Positions 27,798-38,218 of a stretch of 64,000 nucleotides of DNA are shown here, in pieces. Location of the stretch: the NCBI GenBank assembly GCA_016715815.1, contig JADJXN010000004.1, positions 11,123 to 75,122 of the forward strand. The letters run 5' to 3'. A model generated the notes under the pieces. That model was not told where the DNA came from, did no database searches, and saw only the letters and a program-made list of their open reading frames with translations. Both the position numbers and the translations under genes were made by a program. This DNA comes from Oligoflexia bacterium (GTDB taxonomy: Bacteria; Bdellovibrionota; Bdellovibrionia; JABDDW01). The first letter of the stretch is position 1; every line of letters begins with the position of its first letter.

Positions 27798-27872
27798 CAA
27801 TTAAACGTGTGGTTACGCTTAGCATGGGCCGCCTTTGTTTTGCAAGCTTTGAGAGAAGTGGTGGTTTTGGCC

Positions 27873-28550
27873 CTAGAACTTATACCCTACGCCAAAGTTA
27901 ATCCTAGTGGTGTATTGCCTAATAGTACCAGTGCCAACTTTATTTAAGTTTTCAAGGCTATAGAGAACGCTTAAGCTTGAGGTTCCATACCAGTGCTCAT
28001 CAAATGCAAGCACCCCCTCTGCTTTAAAGCTAAGCCCGTAATCAATGGTTTTATAAGTGTCACTGGTATTGGTTTCAGAGTAAAAATTAGTAACCGCTGG
28101 TGAGCGCAACTCACCCTGTCTTACTGTTTTTCCTGTGGGCATACCAACATAAAAGCCAGCGCCTAAATTGAGGGCATCAAGAATAATCCATTTATGATTT
28201 AAATTGGCAACATAATATGGTGTTTTCTCATAATAGGTTCGGGTTTGTGTGGTTACAATTGTTTTTAATTTTGAACCAAATTCCACATAACTTAGACCAA
28301 GTTCTAAGCCTCTTTTATGAGCGCCAAATTGCCAAAATGTTTCAACGCCAATATTTGTTGTATTATCAGCATTTGTGTTTGAATAAACTAGCGCGTTATT
28401 AAAAGGCGTTCTGTCAGAATGGTCCAAATTAGGAATAGAAAAACCACCGTTTATTTGCACATATTTAAATCCGGCAAGAGTTGGAAGAGATAATGCTAAA
28501 GTTACAAAAAACATAATTAAAGGAATTATATTCTTGAGGTGCTTTGTCAT
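27873..28550 (-). CDS. Small outer-membrane beta-barrel protein (ends GVGYKF)
   Basis: Signal peptide, alternating beta pattern and C-terminal Phe. Confidence 0.6.
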   Translation of the reverse strand: MTKHLKNIIPLIMFFVTLALSLPTLAGFKYVQINGGFSIPNLDHSDRTPFNNALVYSNTNADNTTNIGVETFWQFGAHKRGLELGLSYVEFGSKLKTIVTTQTRTYYEKTPYYVANLNHKWIILDALNLGAGFYVGMPTGKTVRQGELRSPAVTNFYSETNTSDTYKTIDYGLSFKAEGVLAFDEHWYGTSSLSVLYSLENLNKVGTGTIRQYTTRINFGVGYKF

Positions 28551-28637
28551 GGGCGGTCTCCTTTTTATTCTTATACTATTTTATACGTTAATTATTCAAA
28601 GGAGCAATAGGATTTTAGACTTAAATCTTAACCAGAC

Positions 28638-29423
28638 TTATGTAGAGCTTCTTAAAAAAATGAAAGTAACAACTATTAGTGCAACCACCACCCTATAAAC
28701 CGCAAAAACTTTAAAAGATTGTTTTTGTAAAAAACGAATCAGTCCACCAATTGCTAAAAAACCAAATAGCATGGAGCTTAAAACACCTATGACAAATACA
28801 GAATTTACATCGCTCACACTTAAATGCCTAAGCTTAAAAACACAGGCCCCTAAAGTTATGGGCATGGAAAGCATAAAAGAAAATTTAGCAGCAGCAGCTC
28901 TATTAAAACCGCAAACAAGTCCAAATAGCATTGTCACACCCGATCTTGATGTGCCCGGTATAAGTGCAAGGCACTGGGCAAAGCCTACAATCAATGCATC
29001 TTTAAGAGTAATGTGTTTAAAGTCTTTGCTTTTTTGAGAGTGTTTATCTACAACCCAAAGGGCTACACCCATAAGGCCCAGCATAACGGCTACAAGTAAG
29101 GGGTTTCTAAAAACCGTTTCTGCTGTTTTTTCAATGAGTGCTCCTACAAGGGCTGCAGGAATTGTTGCTAAGGCTAAATAAGTGGGCATTTTAGATTTAA
29201 AACCATGTTTAAAAAATTCTTTAGTTAAATCTATCCACTCTTTGCGGTAGTAAAATAAAACAGCAAATAAAGTTCCAAGATGAAGGGCTACATCAAAAGT
29301 AAGTCCGCTATCTTGCCAGCCCAAAAACCATGGCACTAAAAATAAATGAGCAGAGCTTGAAATGGGAATAAATTCCGTTAAGCCTTGAATTGCGCCGAGA
29401 AAAAAACTTTGAAACCATGTCAT
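28638..29423 (-). CDS. uppP: Undecaprenyl-diphosphate phosphatase
   Basis: GLTEFIPISSSAHL near the N-terminus, PGTSRSG motif, 261 aa and 8 TM. Confidence 0.9.
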   Translation of the reverse strand: MTWFQSFFLGAIQGLTEFIPISSSAHLFLVPWFLGWQDSGLTFDVALHLGTLFAVLFYYRKEWIDLTKEFFKHGFKSKMPTYLALATIPAALVGALIEKTAETVFRNPLLVAVMLGLMGVALWVVDKHSQKSKDFKHITLKDALIVGFAQCLALIPGTSRSGVTMLFGLVCGFNRAAAAKFSFMLSMPITLGACVFKLRHLSVSDVNSVFVIGVLSSMLFGFLAIGGLIRFLQKQSFKVFAVYRVVVALIVVTFIFLRSST

Positions 29424-29429
29424 ATGTAA

Positions 29430-29954
29430 TTAAAAAATAATTCCAAACATGAGTTGGTTTACTGCGGGCAACGAACCAATTAGGTTACTCACATTTGTTG
29501 TAGCAACTCTTTGGTGTTTGTAATTTACTTCAAAGGTAAAATCTTTAGTTCTAAAAAAGTCAAAACCAAAGCCAGCAGCTAGTGTAAAGCTTGAATCTGT
29601 GTATCTGTTCCCGCCACCGTAGCCAATATCTGTTCTAAAAAAGAAAGAAGAATCACTGGTTCTTTCATTGGTGTAAAATAAAAAGCCTGCACCAAAAACA
29701 GAAATACCAGTACTACCTTGGCTTGCTGTATTAAAAGAGCCGTTATAAAAGTATGTTATATCTACTTTTTCTGATAATCCTGTGCGATAGGCAAATTCTA
29801 GAGCGTACTTTGTTCCGTTAGTACCAAGGAGGGCATCTGAAAATACAGGCCCAATAGATATAAACCAATTCTTACTTATGCTTTTTTCTTTAACATCAGC
29901 AGCAAATGTTACTGAACTTATAGTTAAAAGGATTATACTAAGTAGGCATCTCAT
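29430..29954 (-). CDS. Small outer-membrane beta-barrel protein (ends MFGIIF)
   Basis: Signal peptide MRCLLSIILLTISSVTFA, beta periodicity and C-terminal Phe. Confidence 0.6.
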   Translation of the reverse strand: MRCLLSIILLTISSVTFAADVKEKSISKNWFISIGPVFSDALLGTNGTKYALEFAYRTGLSEKVDITYFYNGSFNTASQGSTGISVFGAGFLFYTNERTSDSSFFFRTDIGYGGGNRYTDSSFTLAAGFGFDFFRTKDFTFEVNYKHQRVATTNVSNLIGSLPAVNQLMFGIIF

Positions 29955-30140
29955 GGTGTTCTCCTTATAAGTTATATAAGTTAATACTAAATACTTTTAA
30001 GACTAAAAACAAGTACTACACCAATATTAAACTGCACTAGGCTTAAGTCTTGATGTGTTTTTTCTTGAAGGTAGTAAAAATTAAGCTCAAAGTACTTAAT
30101 TGTATGAGAGTATTTTCCAAAATCTAAACGGAGGCTCAAG

Positions 30141-30827
30141 GTGAAACTAAAATTATTAACAACAACGCTATTAATAACAATTATGGCTTGCGCAGGCTCT
30201 AAAAAAAATGAAGATCAAGCTGAAGCGATAAAAGACATGCAAGTGCCAACCAAAAACTTAACAAATGATGATGTCTATGATGCAGGAACATACAGTGATA
30301 AAGAAGATGTCTCTGATTTAAAAATTAAAGGTGGGCATATGTTTGATACCATTCCCACAGAGAAGTACTATTCTATAGATAGAGAAAAGCTAGCTCCTGT
30401 GGGTAAACTTTTTTATGCAGTCACTGATGAAAGCCCAACAAGATGCATTCCTGCAAAATACACCATGCTTGATGGTAAAAAGAAATTAGTTGTTTATTCA
30501 AAATCCACTGTTCCTGCTACTTATTGTATTTATCAAAAAACATATTCGGTGGAGCCGGCGGGGTTTTCAGTAACAATGAAAAATGGGGGGATTTGCATGC
30601 CTGCCATGATTGTTTCAAAAGTTGAAGACGGAAAAACCGTTTCCACAATAGATTTTTTTAGTAAAACTGTTTCTATGAAATACTGTTTTGATGACACCTT
30701 TTCCTTTGGTGCTGGTAAGGGTGTTAAGATGAGCATTGATAAAACATCTGAGGGGTCTAAAAAGAAGAAAAAAGAAGAGGTAGAACCAAAAGAGACCATT
30801 GTTCCAATGACGGAGCCTATAAACTAG
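30141..30827 (+). CDS. Lipoprotein with an internal Cys-bracketed duplication
   Basis: GTG start after GGAGG. Lipobox ITIMAC. Repeats CIPAKY...YSKSTVPATYC and CMPAMI...FSKTVSMKYC. Confidence 0.6.
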   Translation: MKLKLLTTTLLITIMACAGSKKNEDQAEAIKDMQVPTKNLTNDDVYDAGTYSDKEDVSDLKIKGGHMFDTIPTEKYYSIDREKLAPVGKLFYAVTDESPTRCIPAKYTMLDGKKKLVVYSKSTVPATYCIYQKTYSVEPAGFSVTMKNGGICMPAMIVSKVEDGKTVSTIDFFSKTVSMKYCFDDTFSFGAGKGVKMSIDKTSEGSKKKKKEEVEPKETIVPMTEPIN

Positions 30828-31738
30828 TTTAAAATAAAATCTTCCACTATTTTTTGTAAAAGGCCAGGGGCATGCTGAATTAGTTGCGCATGCCATGCGC
30901 CTTCTATAACAGTCAAACTTGTGTTTTCTTCCCAACTTTTTAAGAGTTCACTAGCTTGTTCAACAGGCGTGAGAGAATCTTGTGAGCCATAAAGTAGTAA
31001 AATTTTTTGCCCCTTGTTAGGTTTATAATCTGTTAAAGGTTTGGACATTAAATGGGTATTAAGTTTTAAAATTTGCCATTCAAAAAAGGGCTTAGCCATA
31101 GGTGGAATGTAGTAACTTCTTTGATCTGTGACTATTTTTTGAAAAGAAATCATCGGGTTTTCAAATAAAAGTTTTACGGGCCAATTATTATTAAAAGCAT
31201 GGGGTGCTGAAACCAAAACACCCATAGAAGTTGCAATAATTGCTTTTAAATCAAAAAGTGAATTTCCCAGAATATAAAACTTTTCAAAGTCTTTTGACTC
31301 GACAGTCCCATGGGAGAGCCCCTTTTGATTATTATAAGAACAGCCATGGTTAGGAAGATCAATGCTTAAGGAATCCCAGCCATACTGAGATAAAAGGTGA
31401 GCATAGGGGTTGAGCATGTTGTGGTTGCCGCCCCCTCCGTGCACTAAAAGAGCACCTTTGTTCTGTCTATTCTTAAGAGCTTTATTGTGCCAAGCTTTAA
31501 GCTCGCCATGAGGGGTGCTTATTGTATGTATACTTACTTTAACAAGTTCAGGATTAAACTTTTTTTGAACCACACTTGGGTCATGACACTCTTTAGCGTT
31601 AATTGGATAGGGTTTATACCATCTAGGAAACTTAAGAGTATTGTTATAGTAAGCTAAAAGAGCAGCCCACATAATTATCAAAAGAATTGTCGAGACAATC
31701 AGGCCTAGCTTAAAAGTCTTTTTTACTACTGTTACCAT
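30824..31738 (-). CDS. Membrane-anchored alpha/beta-hydrolase-fold protein
   Basis: N-terminal TM segment, LLVHGGGGNH oxyanion-like segment and an ATSMG nucleophile-elbow variant. Confidence 0.6.
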   Translation of the reverse strand: MVTVVKKTFKLGLIVSTILLIIMWAALLAYYNNTLKFPRWYKPYPINAKECHDPSVVQKKFNPELVKVSIHTISTPHGELKAWHNKALKNRQNKGALLVHGGGGNHNMLNPYAHLLSQYGWDSLSIDLPNHGCSYNNQKGLSHGTVESKDFEKFYILGNSLFDLKAIIATSMGVLVSAPHAFNNNWPVKLLFENPMISFQKIVTDQRSYYIPPMAKPFFEWQILKLNTHLMSKPLTDYKPNKGQKILLLYGSQDSLTPVEQASELLKSWEENTSLTVIEGAWHAQLIQHAPGLLQKIVEDFILN

Positions 31739-31745
31739 TTATGTT

Positions 31746-32114
31746 TTAAGCTTTGGGCGCCTCAGCAGGTGCAGCGGCTTCAGCTTTCTTTTCTGCTTTT
31801 GCCTCAGGAGCCTTTTTTACTTGTAGCTCTGCCAGTTTTTTAATTAAAGGCTTTCGGGTAATGGTTTTAGCAATGGTTCTTAAAACTTTTTTACTTTTCT
31901 CAGTAGGGATAATATTTGTTATGTTCTTTTTAATAAAAGCTGCATCTTGAGTTCTAACTGCAATTTTTATAGCCAAAGATCTAACTTTGGCGTTTGTATT
32001 TTTAATGCCATCAGCCAAGGCGTTGGTAAGGCTAGTCTGTTTAGCAGCTAAACCTTGTTTAAATGCAGCTAAAGGGGCGGGTTTTGTTTCTTTTGAAACG
32101 GCTTTTTCTGACAT
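31746..32114 (-). CDS. Lys/Ala-rich protein (122 aa) with a histone-H1-like AKAEKKAEAAAPAEAPKA tail
   Basis: ATG at 32114 is preceded by AAAGGA. The longer ORF start lacks an SD. Confidence 0.5.
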   Translation of the reverse strand: MSEKAVSKETKPAPLAAFKQGLAAKQTSLTNALADGIKNTNAKVRSLAIKIAVRTQDAAFIKKNITNIIPTEKSKKVLRTIAKTITRKPLIKKLAELQVKKAPEAKAEKKAEAAAPAEAPKA

Positions 32115-32208
32115 GTTGTGTCCTTTCATTTGGGTCATTGACAGTGTGAAAATATACTCTCATGCTTATTAAGTTAACAACATAAATGTCATCATAAAGG
32201 AGAAAAAA

Positions 32209-32388
32209 ATGACAAAACTATTAGCATTATTAGCAGTTCTATCAATCGGTTCAGTTGCTGTTGCAAATAACCACAACAAAGCACCAAAAGCTGCAAAAGC
32301 AAAAAAAGAAATGAAAAAGAAAATGACCAAAGAGCATAAGGAAGAGCCTCAAGGTGAGCACCAAGGCGAACACCACGACAATATGTAA
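32209..32388 (+). CDS. Unlisted small exported His/Lys-rich protein (59 aa)
   Basis: AAGGAG lies 7 nt upstream. Sequence MTKLLALLAVLSIGSVAVA signal, then ...KEHKEEPQGEHQGEHHDNM. A terminator follows. Confidence 0.5.
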   Translation: MTKLLALLAVLSIGSVAVANNHNKAPKAAKAKKEMKKKMTKEHKEEPQGEHQGEHHDNM

Positions 32389-32414
32389 TTAAAGTCGTTT
32401 CTTTTGTTGTATGT

Positions 32415-32446
32415 AAAAAGCCTTATCTTAACTGATAAGGCTTTTT
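32415..32446. terminator. Bidirectional terminator
   Basis: AAAAAGCCTTATC / TTAACT loop / GATAAGGCTTTTT. A-tract and T-tract flank the stem. Confidence 0.8.
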
Positions 32447-33308
32447 ATTTATAAAAGCTAAGACCCTGAATAAGAGTTTTAGGTTTAAAATTAAATGTCT
32501 TTTCTATGAGAGAAGTATCAACGGGCATATCCATAGTTATAAAACCAACTGCAAGAGGTGAAAGTGGTGGGTTTTTTAAAAATAACTGCATAATTGTCCC
32601 AACCAGTCTCATAAACCAAAGCGGGTGCTTTAAAAGAACTCTTTTTTTATTTTTATAATTCAAAACTGCCTTTTGAATTTCAAGCATGGAAAGGTTTTGG
32701 GGCCCGCCAACTTCAACAATTAAATTTTTAATTTCTGAGCGCTCTATAGAAAGGCTAATTGCTTTTACTAAATCATCTATAAAAAGTGGGGCGCATCTAT
32801 ATTGGCCATCTCCAATAACGGGCATAAAAGGCAAATTTACGAATTTAATAAACCGGCTCATACTTTTATCTCCGGGGCCATATACCCAGCTTGGCCTTAA
32901 AATGACATATTCCTTTTTTGCCTCCATTATGGCCATTTCTGCTCTAGCTTTTGCTATAAACCAAGGCTTGTTAATATTTTTTCCGGTGCCGGCTCCTGAG
33001 AGGTAAATTATTTTTTTAATTTTAGAGTTTTTTGCAAAGCTTGTGATGTTTTCAGTTCCATTTGCATCAAAGTTTTCATAGGTGAACCCCCTTTTATAAT
33101 TTTCAACGGGGTGATTGGGGAACTGCACGCAAATTACAATGCAATCAAAATCATCCCAGGGGATATTTTTTAATGTTTCAGGCTTTGTAACATCACACTT
33201 AAAATCCCCATGCCTTGATAGGGTTTTAACGTCATGGCCTTGGGTTCTAAGGGTCTTAGTTAAATGAGAGCCAATAAAACCAGTTCCACCTGCAATCAGT
33301 ACTTTCAT
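32445..33308 (-). CDS. NAD(P)-binding epimerase/dehydratase-family protein (atypical SDR)
   Basis: MKVLIAGGTGFIGSHL Rossmann motif. 287 aa. Confidence 0.78.
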   Translation of the reverse strand: MKVLIAGGTGFIGSHLTKTLRTQGHDVKTLSRHGDFKCDVTKPETLKNIPWDDFDCIVICVQFPNHPVENYKRGFTYENFDANGTENITSFAKNSKIKKIIYLSGAGTGKNINKPWFIAKARAEMAIMEAKKEYVILRPSWVYGPGDKSMSRFIKFVNLPFMPVIGDGQYRCAPLFIDDLVKAISLSIERSEIKNLIVEVGGPQNLSMLEIQKAVLNYKNKKRVLLKHPLWFMRLVGTIMQLFLKNPPLSPLAVGFITMDMPVDTSLIEKTFNFKPKTLIQGLSFYK

Positions 33309-33339
33309 ATTTTTATTTTCCTGCTATCTTGTTGTTACT

Positions 33340-34206
33340 ATGCAAAAGTTATTATTAATAATCTATCTTACCAGCATTCCACTTTTTGCGGCAGACTTAA
33401 AAACTCAATGCAGCCAAGAGGCAGATAAAAATCAGTGGATCTATTCCCAAATTGAAACCATGGGGCTTGAAAAGGCTAAACTCTCTAAAAACCCAATATC
33501 TGTAGAATTTAATGCCCGCGAAGAAGCCTTGGTTGTGTGGGTACCACCAAATAACTGTGAAGCTATAACTCATGCCTTAATTACATTAAGTAAAATTAAA
33601 AAACAAAATGTGGAATTAAAGGGCGTGCGTTTTGTTTTTACCGAGGATTTTAAAGTTAATAAAGTGGTCCTTAAAGATTTTGTATTACCCCTTAAAGTAA
33701 GTACCAATACTTTTTTAAAAAACCTTACTCATTTAGATGCAAACCCAGTTGAGGCTTTGGAAATTTCAAAACTTTTTGATGATTATAAAAAACTAAACCC
33801 TAATTTAAAAAAGTTAATAGAAGAAAATGAAATTCAAAAAGCCAAAGAAAAACTTACTCAAATAAAAGACAAGGCAAAAACATGGAGTTTAAAACAAGCC
33901 CTTGATTTTAAAGAATCCTGGGGTAAGCATAAACCCATTTTAGATTTTAATTCAGATGTTAAAGACCACGAAGCACTTGTTCTAAGTTTTGATAAATTAA
34001 GGCGTGGCCTGTGGGAAGATGGATTAAAAGAATTTGAAAAAGTAGCCGGTAAAAACGAAAAGCTCAAAGAAGAAGTGAATAAGGGAAGGGAAAATTTAGA
34101 TAATATATTAAAGCATTTTAAATCTGAAATTTTAAAGTTTGAAACCCAAGTTCAAAAAACTTTTAAAGAAAAGCACCAAGTTTTATTTTCAAATGAGTCT
34201 TCATAA
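33340..34206 (+). CDS. Exported Lys/Glu-rich helical protein, unknown
   Basis: Signal peptide MQKLLLIIYLTSIPLFA. No family recognised. Confidence 0.55.
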   Translation: MQKLLLIIYLTSIPLFAADLKTQCSQEADKNQWIYSQIETMGLEKAKLSKNPISVEFNAREEALVVWVPPNNCEAITHALITLSKIKKQNVELKGVRFVFTEDFKVNKVVLKDFVLPLKVSTNTFLKNLTHLDANPVEALEISKLFDDYKKLNPNLKKLIEENEIQKAKEKLTQIKDKAKTWSLKQALDFKESWGKHKPILDFNSDVKDHEALVLSFDKLRRGLWEDGLKEFEKVAGKNEKLKEEVNKGRENLDNILKHFKSEILKFETQVQKTFKEKHQVLFSNESS

Positions 34207-34927
34207 ACTATTTACTTTTTTAAAATACACTTTTTTAAAAAAAGAGCTCCCCAGCTATTTTTATAAAAAAAACAAATATAATCCAGAGGAGCACCCTAAT
34301 ATTTACGTGGGCATGCTCAAAGATTTTAAAAACCAAATTTTTGTTGAAGAACAAGCGCTAAAACTAAAAGGCAAATGGGGCGAGGTTTTTGAAAATAAAT
34401 CTTTGCCCATTGATTTAGAAATTGGTTGCGGAAACGGAACTTTTTTTGAGTATTTAGCAAAAACAAACCCCGATAGAAATTTTTTAGGAATTGAATATAA
34501 ATACAAGCCTCTTGTGCAAACCATTAGAAGACTTAAAAAGGCAGGTTTAACTAATGGCTGCGGCATTAGGTTTAACGCCAAAGATATTGATGATATATTT
34601 GCGCCTAGCGAAATAAATAATATTTATATTTATTTTCCAGACCCCTGGCCAAAAAGAAAACATGAGAAAAACCGTCTTGTGAGGGCTAGTTTTTTAAACA
34701 TGCTTTTTAAAATACAAAGTCAAAAAGGCTTTATTGATTTTAAAACAGATTCAGAAAGCTATTTTGATTTTGTCTGCGCGCAAGTTAAAAACACCTCTTA
34801 CAAGGTGCAAAGGCATACACGTAATCTTCATCAATCAGAATGGGCTCGGGATAATTTTATTACGCAATTTGAAAATATTTTTATTCGACAAAATTTACCC
34901 ACATATTACATGCGACTAGTAAAATAA
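34193..34927 (+). CDS. trmB: tRNA (guanine46-N7)-methyltransferase
   Basis: DLEIGCGNGTFF (SAM motif) and IYIYFPDPWPKRKHEKNRL (TrmB signature). Start at MSLHK overlaps the upstream stop by 14 nt. Confidence 0.8.
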   Translation: MSLHKLFTFLKYTFLKKELPSYFYKKNKYNPEEHPNIYVGMLKDFKNQIFVEEQALKLKGKWGEVFENKSLPIDLEIGCGNGTFFEYLAKTNPDRNFLGIEYKYKPLVQTIRRLKKAGLTNGCGIRFNAKDIDDIFAPSEINNIYIYFPDPWPKRKHEKNRLVRASFLNMLFKIQSQKGFIDFKTDSESYFDFVCAQVKNTSYKVQRHTRNLHQSEWARDNFITQFENIFIRQNLPTYYMRLVK

Positions 34928-34963
34928 ATTTGGTAAAGTGTGGCTTGAAATATTCAAGCAAGA

Positions 34964-35251
34964 TTACCAGTAGCCGGTGGTAATTTCTACATCGCCTAAA
35001 ACTTTAATCTGGCAACTTACACGAGTAGTTGGGTTTAGCTTTTCTCTTTGAATGAGCTTTTTTTCATTGGCATTAGGCTTTGACAGGTTTTCATTACCTT
35101 TAATAACTTTAACAATACATTTAGCACAAATCCCTTCCCCCCCACATGATGAACCAATAGGAAGCTGGGCCTCAATAATGGCATTCATTAAGTTTGTTTT
35201 TGGCTCAACGTTGAGTGTTTTTTTTGACGGTAAAAAAGTAATTTTTGCCAT
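34964..35251 (-). CDS. 2Fe-2S ferredoxin
   Basis: Cys pattern C-x5-C-x2-C ... C (SSCGGEGICAKC ... RVSC). Start set at MAKITFLP. Confidence 0.72.
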   Translation of the reverse strand: MAKITFLPSKKTLNVEPKTNLMNAIIEAQLPIGSSCGGEGICAKCIVKVIKGNENLSKPNANEKKLIQREKLNPTTRVSCQIKVLGDVEITTGYW

Positions 35252-35311
35252 TTTACTTAGTGTAAAATTGTTTATTTGAAAAAGCACAAGTTTTTTTTTA
35301 TTCTCCACGAC

Positions 35312-36001
35312 ATGTTTAAATCAGTAGTCATTATTGGCGCTAGCCGCGGCTTAGGAAAAGCTTTAAGTTTTTTTATTAAAGAGCACCTGCCAGGGGCAAA
35401 GCAAATTTTATTGGTCTCAAGAAAAATTGATTTATTAACGGCTAATGCAGAAAAACTAAAAGCGCAGTTTGAAGAAGTTAAAACCATAAAAGCTGATATG
35501 AGTATGAGTGCTGATGTATTTGATCTTACCCATGCCATAAAATCTTTTAATGCAGATATTGTTATCTACTCTGCTGGTGGTGGGCCTTATGGGGAATTTG
35601 TCAAAAAGGATTGGAAAGACCATCAGTGGGCCATTGATGTGGGACTTAAAGCCCCAATGCAGCTTTTGCATTCATGGCTGAGTTTTCGAAATCCGACAGA
35701 GGCGGGCAGATTTATTATAGTGGGAAGTCGTATTGCAGAAAGCTCTCCTGATTTTAGCGCTTCAAGTTATGCGGCTACTAAGCACGGTTTGGTGGGGCTT
35801 TTGAGTTCTATTCAGCCAGAGCTTTTAAAAAATAATAATAAAGCATGGCTTTTTTCACCCGGCTATATTGATACAGAAATGCTCCCGCCAAATGCTAGCG
35901 CGCGTCACAATGGGGCAAAAATTATGAGTGTTGAAACTGCGGCCCAAGCTCTGCTACGTTGGGTAAAAAAAGATGGTCCCTGGCACCGCATATTAAACTA
36001 A
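35312..36001 (+). CDS. Short-chain dehydrogenase/reductase (SDR)
   Basis: VVIIGASRGLGKAL (TGxxxGxG variant) and YAATKHG (YxxxK). Confidence 0.8.
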   Translation: MFKSVVIIGASRGLGKALSFFIKEHLPGAKQILLVSRKIDLLTANAEKLKAQFEEVKTIKADMSMSADVFDLTHAIKSFNADIVIYSAGGGPYGEFVKKDWKDHQWAIDVGLKAPMQLLHSWLSFRNPTEAGRFIIVGSRIAESSPDFSASSYAATKHGLVGLLSSIQPELLKNNNKAWLFSPGYIDTEMLPPNASARHNGAKIMSVETAAQALLRWVKKDGPWHRILN

Positions 36002-36054
36002 AGGTACGCCGTTCCTTTTTGGGAACGGACTACCCAAAAAGGAACGGCGTACCT
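36002..36054. repeat. Perfect 22-bp inverted repeat with a 9-nt loop between the SDR stop and the trxB SD
   Basis: AGGTACGCCGTTCCTTTTTGGG (36002-36023) / AACGGACTA / CCCAAAAAGGAACGGCGTACCT (36033-36054). A nested alternative hairpin pairs CCGTTCC (36009-36015) with GGAACGG (36022-36028). Confidence 0.9.
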
Positions 36055-36056
36055 AA

Positions 36057-36989
<933 letters not shown>

Positions 36990-37055
36990 ATTTTGCATAA
37001 AATTGTGGCATAATAATAAAACACAACATAGGTGTTGTCAGGGAGGATAACCCGC

Positions 37056-37634
37056 TTGAAACTCTTGACCCTTTTTTCCATTTTTTTATTCGCTAACAAC
37101 GCGCAAGCAGCAAGCTGCAAGCAGATGAAAAGATATCATCAATTCACAGATGAATTTTGCGAGCTAGTAACCAAAAAGGCTGACAAAAATAAAAATGATG
37201 TGGATTCAAGGCTTAAAGCAGCAGAGGAAGTTGTTAAAGAAAAAAACTATCAAATTTATTCTGACCAGCACGACCTATTAAATACATTAGAGACAGGCGA
37301 TTATGAAAAGATTTTTAAAAATGCTAAGTATAATTTAATTACATATTGTGCAAAAAACACGCGTGTTAATGTGCTTTTGAGAGTAGAGCGAGCCGAAAAA
37401 AAGCCAAAAATTGAAGATAAAATTATTAGTTATTTTGATGCAGATTTGCTTGATAAGCTAAATGCAACAGGTGCTACATCGCGCACTTGTATAACAGCAG
37501 TTTTTAAATACCTGGATGTTTATAACCACAAATACAAAATGCAAAAACTAGAAAATGAGAAGCATGAGCAGCTTAAATGCATTCACCAACAAAATTGCGG
37601 GGCTGATGGAAAGCCAATGAGGAGAGGGCAATGA
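37056..37634 (+). CDS. Exported 6-Cys protein A, unknown
   Basis: TTG start 9 nt after GGAGG (alternative GTG at 37032). Signal KLLTLFSIFLFANNAQA. Six Cys in the mature part. Confidence 0.55.
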   Translation: MKLLTLFSIFLFANNAQAASCKQMKRYHQFTDEFCELVTKKADKNKNDVDSRLKAAEEVVKEKNYQIYSDQHDLLNTLETGDYEKIFKNAKYNLITYCAKNTRVNVLLRVERAEKKPKIEDKIISYFDADLLDKLNATGATSRTCITAVFKYLDVYNHKYKMQKLENEKHEQLKCIHQQNCGADGKPMRRGQ

Positions 37635-38197
37635 AGTTTATTTTAATGTTTCTTTTATTAGCAAGTTATAGTGCAAATGCAAGTGACTCTCTAAGAGTTG
37701 AAGTATTTAAAAATGCATGTGAAAAAAACTATTGCAGATTAATAAGTGCAATTAATAAATCTCTTTGTACGTCAGCAAGAATTGATCTTGAAAAGGGTGA
37801 GAAAATTCCAAAGATAAAAAATAATACTTACCTTCAAAAGGCTATCATTGAAAATGAAAACAAGGCTGTTTGCAATCAAGCTGTAAATGCTTATGTAAAA
37901 GAAAGTGCTGAATATTTGGTTCAGGCTTTTAAAAATGAGCAAGCTAAAAACCCAAGATTTAATTCTGTTTCTGATATCCCAAGATGTGAAAAACTAACGA
38001 GCCAAAGTATATATTCAAACTGTGCAGATTATGAAGCTGATGTTACAGCGGGTAATAGATTATTAAACCCTAATGAAAGCAAAGTTCATGTGGCAGCAAA
38101 TTACCCACAAGCAGATAAAAAAAATAAAAAAGAACAGGCGCCTACATATATAAATACAAAAGGGCAAATGAATAAAAAAGGCTCAAGGGCTCAATAA
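37631..38197 (+). CDS. Exported 6-Cys protein B, unknown
   Basis: ATGA overlap with the upstream gene. Signal MKFILMFLLLASYSANA. Six Cys. Confidence 0.6.
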   Translation: MKFILMFLLLASYSANASDSLRVEVFKNACEKNYCRLISAINKSLCTSARIDLEKGEKIPKIKNNTYLQKAIIENENKAVCNQAVNAYVKESAEYLVQAFKNEQAKNPRFNSVSDIPRCEKLTSQSIYSNCADYEADVTAGNRLLNPNESKVHVAANYPQADKKNKKEQAPTYINTKGQMNKKGSRAQ

Positions 38198-38218
38198 ACA
38201 AAGAAAGGCGAGACACGG

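Noticed and set aside
27615-27800. 61-aa minus-strand ORF in the ORF track
   Set aside because: It is entirely explained by tRNA-Arg plus its palindromic trailer. An ORF through a tRNA gene is not credible.
27600-27900. tRNA-Arg as an integration site for a genomic island
   Set aside because: No integrase, direct repeat of the tRNA 3' end, or phage or mobile genes lie on either side. The flanking genes are ordinary envelope and transport genes.
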